A stretch of 64,000 nt of DNA from a virus. The stretch lies in IMG/VR virus record IMGVR_UViG_3300042401_001747; one strand, given 5' to 3'. The number at the start of each line of letters is the position of its first letter. Positions within the stretch are counted from its first letter, which is position 1. The notes beneath the pieces were generated by a model. It made no database searches. It saw only the letters and a list, made by a program, of their open reading frames with translations, and was not told the origin of the DNA. The position numbers and the translations under genes are program-made. Shown piece by piece: positions 9,022 through 18,059 of the stretch.

Positions 9022-9790
9022 CCAAGACGGGCTCATGCAGGCCCCAGAACTGCTTTCTCCTTCTTCAATATCCACATTCCAGCAATGTCCTATGAAGTTT
9101 AAGTACAGCAAGATTGATGGACTTAGGGACTCTCCGACAGAAGCAACAATGCTTGGCAACTTTGTTCATGAAATCCTAGAAACAATGTACGCCCTTCCCT
9201 CCGAACAAAGAACACAAGAAACCGCTCGCCAACTGGCGCGAGATTTATGGGCTGCAAAATGGGAAGCAGAAGTCACCACTTTAATCCGTGGGGAAAAAGA
9301 ACTGCGTCTTTTCAGATGGTCTGCCTGGTGGTGTGTTGAAAATCTCTGGATGCTGGAGCAGCCACAAGAAGTTGAGCCGTGGGGCATCGAAGAGCATGTG
9401 GAAGGCGAGATATCCGGAATCAAACTTCATGGATTTATAGACCGCTTGCACCTAGATGGAGATACCGCAAAAGTTTCCGATTACAAAACAGGCAAAACAC
9501 CGAAAAAGAATTACATTGAAGATAAGTATTTTCAGCTAATTATCTATACTCAGCTCCTCAAAAGCCTCGGCATAGAGGCCAAGAAGTTTGAGATAGAGCT
9601 TCTGTACCTAAAAGATGGGGTTAGGTTTGCAAAAGAAGTAACTGCAGAAGATGTGCAGAAAGTTGCTTCAGTGATTGCAGAAGTAAGAGCAGGCATAGAA
9701 GAGCGCTGCAAGAATGGATATTTTGAACCCAACAAAACCATTTTATGTAACTGGTGTGGGTTTAAGAAAATATGCCCTGCGTGGCAGTGA
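9011..9790 (+). CDS. RecB-family PD-(D/E)XK exonuclease with Fe-S staple cysteines
   Basis: LSPSSISTFQQCP, GNFVHEILE, GFIDRL, DYKTGK, QLIIY, CNWCGFKKIC. Confidence 0.9.
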   Translation: MTTDQDGLMQAPELLSPSSISTFQQCPMKFKYSKIDGLRDSPTEATMLGNFVHEILETMYALPSEQRTQETARQLARDLWAAKWEAEVTTLIRGEKELRLFRWSAWWCVENLWMLEQPQEVEPWGIEEHVEGEISGIKLHGFIDRLHLDGDTAKVSDYKTGKTPKKNYIEDKYFQLIIYTQLLKSLGIEAKKFEIELLYLKDGVRFAKEVTAEDVQKVASVIAEVRAGIEERCKNGYFEPNKTILCNWCGFKKICPAWQ

Positions 9791-9802
9791 CCCAAAAAAT
9801 AT

Positions 9803-10318
9803 ATGAACTCAAGATGGAATGATGACACTTTTGCTCGCATGGTCGCCGAAGAGGTAAAAAACAAAGTTACCCCTTTGGAGCGCGCGGAGCTCAGGCTGGT
9901 CGAAAACTGGGATAGATGGAAAAGAGCTTTGCTTGCCCTGTCCGAAAACCTTCAAAGACAAATAGAAAGTATTGAGGCAGATAGTGAATCTGACCAAAAA
10001 CGATACTCTTCGTTGGACTTCAAGTTTAAAAAACTCAATGACGAGACACAGCGTTATTACAACGAAAAAGCAACACGAATAAACAGGTTTAAGTACCATG
10101 TTGACCGTCGGCTTGACGAAGTTTGCGTAATGATTGAGACTGGCGAATCCACTCTGGAAGACGGGTGGAAGGAGGTCGATTTCTACAGAAGAGCAATCAT
10201 CGCTCATAGAACACTAATGAGAGACTTTGACCTGGAAGATACGGCAATCGACCGTTCTTTGTGGGAATGCCTTGACAGTAAGTGGACTTTTGATTCTATA
10301 AACAACGACAACCTCTAG
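9803..10318 (+). CDS. Hypothetical coiled-coil protein
   Basis: 171-aa ORF tiling the operon. Confidence 0.7.
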   Translation: MNSRWNDDTFARMVAEEVKNKVTPLERAELRLVENWDRWKRALLALSENLQRQIESIEADSESDQKRYSSLDFKFKKLNDETQRYYNEKATRINRFKYHVDRRLDEVCVMIETGESTLEDGWKEVDFYRRAIIAHRTLMRDFDLEDTAIDRSLWECLDSKWTFDSINNDNL

Positions 10319-10338
10319 TGCTGTATTCTTTAGCTTAG

Positions 10339-10707
10339 ATGAAGCCAAGGAAACCACTAAAGCGAACACCGTTAAAACGAACCTCACTAAACCGAGGAAC
10401 TAAACCAATCCCAAAAAGAAGCAAGAAAACGGAACAGGTTTATGTTGAGAGACGTAAAATCGTTTCTTCTATGCTTGCCGAGTTTCCTTTTTGCTTTGCG
10501 TGTCCAGTTTTTGCCAAACATGACGGCTTGACAACGTTTATTCATAAAAACAGCGTAGACGTGCATGAGTTAATAAGAAGGTCTCAAGGCGGGTCAATAC
10601 TTGACGAAGAAAACTTGGTAACAGTCTGCAGAGCCTGCCATACCAGGATTGGTGAAGAGCCTTCTTTGGCCTTTTCTTTAGGATTAGCAAAACATTCTTG
10701 GGAATGA
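10339..10707 (+). CDS. HNH endonuclease
   Basis: Basic N-terminus (KPLKRTPLKR), CFAC..DVHE..RSQGG..NLVTVCRACH. Confidence 0.88.
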   Translation: MKPRKPLKRTPLKRTSLNRGTKPIPKRSKKTEQVYVERRKIVSSMLAEFPFCFACPVFAKHDGLTTFIHKNSVDVHELIRRSQGGSILDEENLVTVCRACHTRIGEEPSLAFSLGLAKHSWE

Positions 10708-10710
10708 ATG

Positions 10711-10800
10711 TATTATTTAATCACTCCTTAGAATCGCTACCTGGGGACATTATAGGTACATGGGCAGGCTGGCGCGGCAATAACGCGACTGCCTGCCTTT
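10711..10800 (+). ncRNA. Candidate small structured RNA / terminator
   Basis: TATTAT at 10711; stems 10725-31/10741-47, 10738-42/10754-58, 10763-69/10791-97 with inner CGCG/CGCG, then TTT. Confidence 0.35.
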
Positions 10801-10828
10801 GTATTTATTTGCTATAGTCAGACTTACT

Positions 10829-11344
10829 ATGCGCCTCATGGGTCTTGACCTCTCACTAACATCCACAGGAATATCCATGGACGGCGTGACCAGCGTTGTA
10901 CGGTCTAAAGCAAAAGGGGCCGAGCGTCTCTCTGACATCACAAGAACCGTGTTGCATGAGTGCTTAGAAAATGAAATCATTTGCGTTCTGATTGAAGGTT
11001 ATTCGTTTGCTTCCAGAAGTGGACAAGCATTCAGTATTGGCGAACTCGGTGGCTGCATTAGGATGACACTGTTTGAATGCAATATTCCTATTGTTGAAAT
11101 CCCGCCCACCTGTCGTGCAAAGTTTGCAACTGGACGAGGAAATGCATCAAAAGGAGAAGTCATTTCTGCCATCTCAGCAAAGACCGGGATTATATTTAGT
11201 GGAGCATCTGGGAACGACGAATGTGATGCATGGGTTCTTGAGCGAATGGGAATGGTTCGCCTCGGAATAGATACTCAATGGGAATGGACAAAAGAGCAAC
11301 TTTCTGCACTTGACAAAGTAGACTGGTCTCCACTAGAAGGATAG
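10829..11344 (+). CDS. RuvC-like Holliday junction resolvase
   Basis: MGLDLSLTSTG, VLIEGYSF, IGELGG, KFATGRGNASK, NDECDA. Confidence 0.9.
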   Translation: MRLMGLDLSLTSTGISMDGVTSVVRSKAKGAERLSDITRTVLHECLENEIICVLIEGYSFASRSGQAFSIGELGGCIRMTLFECNIPIVEIPPTCRAKFATGRGNASKGEVISAISAKTGIIFSGASGNDECDAWVLERMGMVRLGIDTQWEWTKEQLSALDKVDWSPLEG

Positions 11345-11346
11345 GT

Positions 11347-11694
11347 GTGAATAAAAGTATGAGAAGTTCTCCAATAAGCCAAATTGACATTGAACAGGAA
11401 TTGATTCGTTTAATGGATTCCTTAGAAGAGGAAACTGAACAATTTGAGTCGTTATCTATGGACATGGCTAAGAAAGAGTCTTTCTATAAGGCGAACTGGG
11501 CGCGAGAGTACCTATCAGCCAAGGGTTCAATTAAGGAAAGAGAGGCTTGGGCTGATTATAAATTAGACCAAGAACATTTTGAATATAAGTGCGCTGAAGC
11601 TTTGGTTAAGTCAAAAAGAGAAAAGCTTTCCTCGGTTCGCGCATCAATGGACGCAATCAGAACACTCAATGCCAACGTAAGGTCTCAGGTATAG
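11347..11694 (+). CDS. Hypothetical helical protein
   Basis: 115-aa ORF tiling the operon. Confidence 0.7.
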   Translation: MNKSMRSSPISQIDIEQELIRLMDSLEEETEQFESLSMDMAKKESFYKANWAREYLSAKGSIKEREAWADYKLDQEHFEYKCAEALVKSKREKLSSVRASMDAIRTLNANVRSQV

Positions 11695-11696
11695 AT

Positions 11697-12560
11697 ATGG
11701 CTAATGGAATACATGAATCTCTGGAATCCCTGGCTTTCGACATAAGCCTTCTTGAGTCCCTCCATAACAATCCACGAAGAGGAGACGTTAATGCGATTAT
11801 GGCATCCTACGCCGAGTTTGGACAGATTAAACCAATAGTGATAAGACCCAACGGAGACGGTACAGCAACCGTCATAGCGGGCAATCACCAACTAGAAGCA
11901 GCAAAACTTCTTGGGTGGGACAAGATAGCTGCTGTTCAGTTTGACGTCGATGACACTAGGGCCATGGCTTTTGCTATTGCTGACAACCGAACAATGGAGC
12001 TTGGGTACACCGAGCCAGAACTTCTTGAAGAGTTTGTTTTAGAAATGGTCGACTTTTATCCAGAACTTTTAACTGGATTGGGATGGGATGAATTTTCAAC
12101 AGCCGAAATTGAACAGCGCTTCATCAGAGAAGACAATCGGGTAGTCGAGCCAGGGGCTGGATTTATGTCCCCTGTAATTAATTCTGATTACGGAAACGGA
12201 TTTAGTTCTCGGCTTGATAAATTTTCCGACTATGAAGATTCTGATGAAGATGCTCTAGTTAAAGACGCTCCAGAAATGGATAGAAATGTTGTTTCAGTAA
12301 CTCAAACAGGAGACGGAAAACAGAGAATCGACATCATGCCAGGCATGAATCAAAACGATGCAGTAATTAGAGGTTCAACAACAATTGCTCCTGGCTCGGC
12401 ACCAAGAGCCGTCGTTCAGTACACAATCGTGTTTGACAACACGGACCAACAAGCACGATGGTATGAATTCATGAAATGGCTAAAAGCTGACCCAGCTGTT
12501 GCTGGCGTAACAATGGCCGAAAAACTAATCGACTTCATAGACCAACACATAGAAATATAG
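11697..12560 (+). CDS. ParB/Srx-like N-terminal domain protein
   Basis: NNPRRGDV..IMASYAEFGQIKPIV..VIAGNHQLEAAKLLGW..IADNRT. Confidence 0.88.
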   Translation: MANGIHESLESLAFDISLLESLHNNPRRGDVNAIMASYAEFGQIKPIVIRPNGDGTATVIAGNHQLEAAKLLGWDKIAAVQFDVDDTRAMAFAIADNRTMELGYTEPELLEEFVLEMVDFYPELLTGLGWDEFSTAEIEQRFIREDNRVVEPGAGFMSPVINSDYGNGFSSRLDKFSDYEDSDEDALVKDAPEMDRNVVSVTQTGDGKQRIDIMPGMNQNDAVIRGSTTIAPGSAPRAVVQYTIVFDNTDQQARWYEFMKWLKADPAVAGVTMAEKLIDFIDQHIEI

Positions 12561-12568
12561 GATTACCA

Positions 12569-12772
12569 ATGGAACAGACCATAGAACAAAAATGTAGATA
12601 CCTCCTCGGCAGAGGAAAAGTATCGCCGGCCGAGTGCGCTGAAGTTTTAGAGGCGCTTGATACTCGCATCTCTGAAGCAACGTACTGGAAAAGCGTAGCT
12701 GAAAACATGATGCGCGAGAACAACGAGCTTCGTGCCGAGGTATCACGCCTCACTCAAATCGCAAGATACTAA
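12569..12772 (+). CDS. Small hypothetical coiled-coil protein
   Basis: 67-aa ORF abutting both neighbours. Confidence 0.6.
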   Translation: MEQTIEQKCRYLLGRGKVSPAECAEVLEALDTRISEATYWKSVAENMMRENNELRAEVSRLTQIARY

Positions 12773-13912
12773 ATGACTCGTCAGCGCCTATTTCTTGATA
12801 TGTCCTGCGTTGACGCAGCAAGACAGAGAATACGGCACGTCTACGACACCTTCGATACTGTCTGTGTACAGTTCTCTGGAGGCAAAGACTCCACTGCGAT
12901 TCTGTATCTAGCAAAAGAAATACATGAAGAGCGAGGCCTTGGTCCAGTAAAGGTAATCTTTCGAGACGAAGAGATGGTCAGTCCTACTGTCGTAAAGTAC
13001 GTGGAAAAGGTTCGCAACTACGACTGGGTTGATATGGAGTGGTACTGCCTTCCTTACCCTGCAGAGATATGGTTTCTAGGTCACAGGCTTACTACTATTT
13101 TGTGGAGCCAGCAAAGATTCGAACAAGACAGATGGGTTAGACCCATGCCTCCGTGGGCCATTAGTGGTAAGCATTTTGGTTTAACTCATGAAGTTTCTCT
13201 TCCTGAGCAGACCGACTATTACACGATGCAGGGGAAAAAGGGAAACGTGGCTTTCCTGACCGGTGTTAGGGCTAGTGAATCAATGGTTCGTTATCGCTCT
13301 GTAGTTCAAAAATTGCACGAGAACTACATCAATATCCCATACAAGTTAAAAAAGGGAATCCCTTTAAAGTTTGCAAAAATAATCTACGACTGGAATACGA
13401 ATGATGTATTCAAGTTTATTATTGAAGAACATGAAGCGGAATACTGTGAGTATTACGACCTGGCTGTAACCACGGGGAGCAACACGAGAGTCGGCATCCC
13501 TCTGCATGCTACGGCAATTCGCAGAATAGGTGACGTAGTTGCTACTGAGCCAGAATTCTACGACAGACTGTTTGACTGCTTTCCATACATAGATGCCCAA
13601 AGACGCTTGTGGGCTGATTTTGATTCAGAAAAACTCATAGAGAGCTATGCGCGAAGAGGATTTGATGGGGCGTCTGCGTTTATTGACAAGTACCTAATAG
13701 GTGATAGACGAAAGACCGAGGCTCGTGTTTATGTTTCAAAATTTAGAAAGAAACACCTGAGCGACCCTCATGGATATCCAGTCAGCTGGCTGATAAGAAA
13801 CTTAATGCTTAACGATATTGACGTTAATTCACCAACCCCTGTGGGTCCCAAAACCAGAGCTCACGCTGTACGAGCACTGGAACTAGAAAGAGCAGATATC
13901 TATGAATATTAA
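12773..13912 (+). CDS. PAPS-reductase-like PP-loop protein (IbrA/DUF3440-like)
   Basis: DAARQRIRHVYDTF, VQFSGGKDS, FRDEE, GVRASES..R, IYDWNTNDV, YYDL. Confidence 0.85.
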   Translation: MTRQRLFLDMSCVDAARQRIRHVYDTFDTVCVQFSGGKDSTAILYLAKEIHEERGLGPVKVIFRDEEMVSPTVVKYVEKVRNYDWVDMEWYCLPYPAEIWFLGHRLTTILWSQQRFEQDRWVRPMPPWAISGKHFGLTHEVSLPEQTDYYTMQGKKGNVAFLTGVRASESMVRYRSVVQKLHENYINIPYKLKKGIPLKFAKIIYDWNTNDVFKFIIEEHEAEYCEYYDLAVTTGSNTRVGIPLHATAIRRIGDVVATEPEFYDRLFDCFPYIDAQRRLWADFDSEKLIESYARRGFDGASAFIDKYLIGDRRKTEARVYVSKFRKKHLSDPHGYPVSWLIRNLMLNDIDVNSPTPVGPKTRAHAVRALELERADIYEY

Positions 13913-14459
13913 AATCGAGTACGTTGAACCATCCCTGCTTTCTGTTCCTGAATGGAAAGCCACCTATACCCTGCGTCCAGAGATGCTTGTCATTTCTGCC
14001 TCTTTGTCTCAGTTTGGTTTTATTCAGCCGATACACGTCAGGCTTGCCACTGGGGAGATAATCGACGGCTCAGAAAGATATCTACTGGCAACGAATATTC
14101 CACAAATTCTTGCCATGAGTGAGGGGAAAATACCAGTCGTCTATCACGACGTCGACAAAATGGATGCCATGATGATGCATCTTCGACTCAACAGGGGGCA
14201 CTCCCATGTGCTCGCCCCCAAGACATCCGACATCATTAGAACACTAAGACGCTCTGGCAAATACGGCATTTCAGATTTTGAAGACATGCTTTGCATGCGT
14301 TCAGAAGAACTCTCTTTAATGCTTGACGGAAGTCTCTATAAAGTGAGAAAAATCAAAGAGCATAATTACGCCAGGGCATGGATTCCAATCGAGGCTCCGC
14401 CTGGCTCACTAGAGTCATCTACGGTCTCTATTGAAAGACCCCCAAATCCTGACAGATAA
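13902..14459 (+). CDS. ParB-like protein (IbrB-like)
   Basis: PEMLVISASLSQFGFIQPI, EIIDGSERY, IPVV, LRLNRGHS; directly follows the IbrA-like gene. Confidence 0.75.
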   Translation: MNIKIEYVEPSLLSVPEWKATYTLRPEMLVISASLSQFGFIQPIHVRLATGEIIDGSERYLLATNIPQILAMSEGKIPVVYHDVDKMDAMMMHLRLNRGHSHVLAPKTSDIIRTLRRSGKYGISDFEDMLCMRSEELSLMLDGSLYKVRKIKEHNYARAWIPIEAPPGSLESSTVSIERPPNPDR

Positions 14460-14503
14460 ATATTTCTGGTATATTTGTAAAAAGACTTTTAGTAAGGAAC
14501 ATT

Positions 14504-15310
14504 ATGCCAGGAGTACGTTACGGCCCAGACATATCCGACGATGCGGCCTACTTTGTTGACAAAGTCAAGGAAATTCAAGCCAAAATTCGCGCAGGGGGTA
14601 AGCCAAACGCGACGGAACGAACAACACTAGCAAACGCCGCAAGTTTGGCTAAAAACGTTTTTGGCGTCAGCGAAAAAGATTTTAATAAAGGCAAGCTTGG
14701 CGATATGGCGGATATGGCGCGATATGGTGGCTCCAAGCCTCTAAGCCGTCGAGCAAAAGACTCACGAACGGGCACAGAAATGACCAAGTCTGTGGCAGAA
14801 GAATTGCTGGATAGGTCTACTGGTAAGAATAGTCGTGGCAGTAGAACAAAGCCCGCAGAAGGCACCTACTACGCAGGACGTACTCGTTCGAAGAGATTCC
14901 GTGAACTTGAAGCAAGAGCCACCAAACGTTTAAACAGGAACGGGCTGGATGTAGGTAAAAGGTCTGTAAAGAGAGGGGGGACTAATCCAAAAAATTTCAA
15001 AGACAGAGTAGACGGATTCCAGTTCGCCAAAACGAGAGGCAACTCTTCTGACATAATGAACCGAGTGCGAGGAGGCGATGGTCCTAGCAGAATACAGTTA
15101 GGAAAACCGCGTAAAGACGGTACTCGTTCTGCCGCAGGTTTTGGAATTCGGCCACCCTTAGCCAAGTCTCAGCAACAAAAAACAAGAAGAGCCAAGGCTG
15201 CAACAACGCCCAAAGCACCTAAATCTGCAAGCTCGGTACGCGCCGCTGGAAAAAACACCAAAAGAAAAGCAGCAGTCAAAAAAGGCGGAAAGACTGGAAA
15301 GAAAAAGTAA
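14504..15310 (+). CDS. Highly basic Lys/Arg-rich protein
   Basis: 268 aa; histone-H1-like tail KAPKSASSVRAAGKNTKRKAAVKKGGKTGKKK; AAGGA RBS. Confidence 0.8.
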   Translation: MPGVRYGPDISDDAAYFVDKVKEIQAKIRAGGKPNATERTTLANAASLAKNVFGVSEKDFNKGKLGDMADMARYGGSKPLSRRAKDSRTGTEMTKSVAEELLDRSTGKNSRGSRTKPAEGTYYAGRTRSKRFRELEARATKRLNRNGLDVGKRSVKRGGTNPKNFKDRVDGFQFAKTRGNSSDIMNRVRGGDGPSRIQLGKPRKDGTRSAAGFGIRPPLAKSQQQKTRRAKAATTPKAPKSASSVRAAGKNTKRKAAVKKGGKTGKKK

Positions 15311-15322
15311 AATTACAACCTT

Positions 15323-15760
15323 TTAAACGGCTGTAATTTCATCCTCTTCGTCCCCTAGGACTTCCTCTTCATCCATTAGTCTCCAGCTGTGCCATCCAAG
15401 TCCGGCATCCGGTTCAGCGTCCTCTAGGAAATCTTCGTAGTAATAATCGTCTTCTTGGCCAAAGTCTTTTTCTATTAAGAAGTTCTTCACGGATTCTGTT
15501 GGTTCAAATGTCGCCAAATACTTTCCCGTAGAACTTTCTACTCCAACAACCCTTAGTCCGCATATAGCCATAAGGGTGGACGCGACCAGCCACATATAAT
15601 CGCCTAGCTCTACTTTTTTGTCGTCGTCTTCTATTTCGGGTTCATGCTCGGTGTAGTAGTAAAATAATCCCTGATGAAGCCTGTCTATAATATTTACAGT
15701 TGCGGCTCTTCTTGCGTCTTGGTCCGCAAACAAAGTGCCTTTAATTTCTTGCTCTGACAT
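15323..15760 (-). CDS. Acidic hypothetical protein (paralog of 15773..16075)
   Basis: Aligns by eye with its neighbour; GAAGGA RBS. Confidence 0.75.
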   Translation of the reverse strand: MSEQEIKGTLFADQDARRAATVNIIDRLHQGLFYYYTEHEPEIEDDDKKVELGDYMWLVASTLMAICGLRVVGVESSTGKYLATFEPTESVKNFLIEKDFGQEDDYYYEDFLEDAEPDAGLGWHSWRLMDEEEVLGDEEDEITAV

Positions 15761-15772
15761 ATTTATCCTTCT

Positions 15773-16075
15773 TTATTGAATATTGTTTTTAATAGCAAAG
15801 TCACTAAAAGACTTATAGGGCTTGAATCGTGCAACATAATCGCCTTCGATATTTTCCCCAATAATGTTCATTCCTGCAACTGCCATGACTACGGTGGCCA
15901 TTTCAAAGGACTGATTTGCTAAATCGTCAATTTCATCAGGCGACTCAATTCCGCCCTCGGGCATAAATAATGCAAACAACGCTTGAGTGACCCTATCTAA
16001 AACGCTCATATTGGCTTCAGATATCTCTTTGTTGTCGAATTCAACAGTTGGATTAAATTTTGATGAATCACTCAT
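15773..16075 (-). CDS. Acidic hypothetical protein (paralog of 15323..15760)
   Basis: TAGATT 6 nt before ATG (leaderless-type start). Confidence 0.75.
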   Translation of the reverse strand: MSDSSKFNPTVEFDNKEISEANMSVLDRVTQALFALFMPEGGIESPDEIDDLANQSFEMATVVMAVAGMNIIGENIEGDYVARFKPYKSFSDFAIKNNIQ

Positions 16076-16193
16076 CTCCGTAATCTACACCGGAATCACC
16101 CAGCGGGCAACCCCAGTGTTCGGCTAGGTCATTGCTAGGTGTTAGAATTTGATACAACATTTATTTGCAACATCGCTTTAACCGGGAGCCGCC

Positions 16194-16838
16194 ATGATTG
16201 TCTCAGTCAACGACATTAAGACATATATGGACATCAAATTGTCCGCTCGCCAAGAAGACGCTGCAGAAATGATTCTGGCTGGCCTTCAAAGTGAAATGGA
16301 AACTTTCCTTAAGCGTCCAATAGAGGTTCAGGAATTTACCGAAGAAATACGCCTTGACTCCAATCACACGGGAGTCCCAATGGGTTCGTTTTTGACATCA
16401 AACGACAATACGTATAACTCTTCGTACACTTCAAGTCCAAGCAACGATACAACAACATGGGCAAGTCCTCCCCCAACCGTCTATCTGAAAAATACTCCGA
16501 TAGTTTCGGTTGACGAAGTTAAAGTAAAACCACTTTTCGGAACAGAAAAAGTTCTTCAAGAAGAAGTCGATTACATCACTAGAAAATATGGAATTGATTA
16601 CTACTACGGATGGTCCGACGATTTGGTGACAATAACTTATACCGCTGGTCTAGACGGAGCATCAATACCCATCTTCAAGATTCTTATTATTAGAGCGGCT
16701 GCACGTGAAATGCAAAACATGTACGACGACGTTGTTGGCGTAAAAGACTTAAATACACGCGGTACTGGGCCACTTATGACCGGTTTTCTTGATACCGAAC
16801 TAGGTTCGATTAGGAAATATAGACGAGTTCGGGTATAA
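16194..16838 (+). CDS. Head-to-tail adaptor
   Basis: MIVSVNDIKTYM, E.FLKRP, PIVSV, VTITYTAG; first gene of the neck/tail operon. Confidence 0.75.
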   Translation: MIVSVNDIKTYMDIKLSARQEDAAEMILAGLQSEMETFLKRPIEVQEFTEEIRLDSNHTGVPMGSFLTSNDNTYNSSYTSSPSNDTTTWASPPPTVYLKNTPIVSVDEVKVKPLFGTEKVLQEEVDYITRKYGIDYYYGWSDDLVTITYTAGLDGASIPIFKILIIRAAAREMQNMYDDVVGVKDLNTRGTGPLMTGFLDTELGSIRKYRRVRV

Positions 16839-16842
16839 CAGC

Positions 16843-17343
16843 GTGGCTAGAAGAAACGTTTTAATAACAGTCACGGACGTTGACTGGCAGGGGAAAGATG
16901 CTGTAGACAGACTGCAAAACATGAAAGACAGGGCTAACGATATGGGTCCAGTTTTGCGATGGGGAAAAGACTATTTACAAAGAGCTTATTCAAAAAACTT
17001 TACAACGATGGGTGCGATGTCTGCAAAGGCGATGTTAAAGGGGGCGTGGCCTCCTCTTGACGATGACTATGCGTTTCAAAAAGCTGAACGTTATCCCGGC
17101 GCTCCAATGATGATGATTACTGGAGAGCTTTTTAGAAGCGTTGCCAATATGGCTTCTAGTCCCAAAAACGTGATTACGGAGATGGAGGGGACTTTTGTTA
17201 TCGACAGCCCTATAGCCAGATTTCATCAGTACGGGACGCGAGACATGCCAGCAAGAAAAATATTGTTTATTCCTCGAGATTTTGACAGAGATATAAATAA
17301 AAAAACACTCCAGTACATCATTGAAGGAAGCAAATTAATATGA
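16843..17343 (+). CDS. Virion morphogenesis / neck protein (Mu gpG-like)
   Basis: WPPL, TGELFRS, ARFHQYGTRDMPARKIL. Confidence 0.8.
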   Translation: MARRNVLITVTDVDWQGKDAVDRLQNMKDRANDMGPVLRWGKDYLQRAYSKNFTTMGAMSAKAMLKGAWPPLDDDYAFQKAERYPGAPMMMITGELFRSVANMASSPKNVITEMEGTFVIDSPIARFHQYGTRDMPARKILFIPRDFDRDINKKTLQYIIEGSKLI

Positions 17344-17948
17344 CGGCTTTAATGAATGGTTCTCATTTTGCAAAAAAATATGTCAATGATTACTTGACAC
17401 AGGACCTCCCAATAAGATTGATTCGCTATAGAAACGGCTGGAATCTAGACAGCACCCTACTCCCTGACCCTGGTCAGTACATAGCCTACGAACCGCTAGC
17501 CATAGACGAGTGGCCTTCAATCATCACCGTAACGACCTCAATGAATGGATTGGAGCGCATAGGCTTCGATGGGTCAGACCCCCTCTATAGGGTCTCCTAC
17601 AGCATGAGGACGTACATCTGGGTCCGTGACGAAGGCAACGAACCAACGACGGTCATGAGAGACAGATTGACCACTGTGGTGAGAAGTGCGCTTCTTGACT
17701 ACCCCTGCCTAAAGGCCTATGACTCTAGAACTTCGTTTAGGGCGGTAATAGGCGAAAACAGCATTCGTGAAGAATATTCAGACATCACTCTACTAAAAGG
17801 CGAGAGAATGATGGCTGGTGCCTACATCTCCTACGTCCTCGAAATAGACGAAGTTGTCACAAGAGAGCCTATTGGAGTTGTGGAATCAATAGAAATAGAA
17901 ACAGTTACCGCAGGGACCAATGAAGAAATGCCGTCACTTGATAATTAG
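17340..17948 (+). CDS. Tail terminator/completion protein (putative)
   Basis: Lies between neck and sheath genes; WPSII motif. Confidence 0.6.
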   Translation: MTALMNGSHFAKKYVNDYLTQDLPIRLIRYRNGWNLDSTLLPDPGQYIAYEPLAIDEWPSIITVTTSMNGLERIGFDGSDPLYRVSYSMRTYIWVRDEGNEPTTVMRDRLTTVVRSALLDYPCLKAYDSRTSFRAVIGENSIREEYSDITLLKGERMMAGAYISYVLEIDEVVTREPIGVVESIEIETVTAGTNEEMPSLDN

Positions 17949-17974
17949 TTTTTATATTTTTAAAGTTCAATTCA

Positions 17975-18010
17975 TAGTTGCACAGAATAATACGTACCCC
18001 TCTGTACAAT
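17975..18010 (+). promoter_or_regulatory. Putative promoter TAGTTGCA-N22-TACAAT upstream of tail sheath
   Basis: One of three copies with identical spacing. Confidence 0.65.
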
Positions 18011-18059
18011 TGAAATCACAATCACAAACGGGATTCCCAATGCGAAACAGTGAGGTCCT

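Noticed and set aside
9011-9790. Cas4 / CRISPR adaptation
   Set aside because: The nuclease sits beside Sak and RuvC; no cas1/cas2 or repeat-spacer array was seen in the window
12773-13912. CysH auxiliary metabolic gene
   Set aside because: Length, motifs and the ParB partner fit IbrA/DUF3440-like proteins better; no sulfur pathway genes nearby
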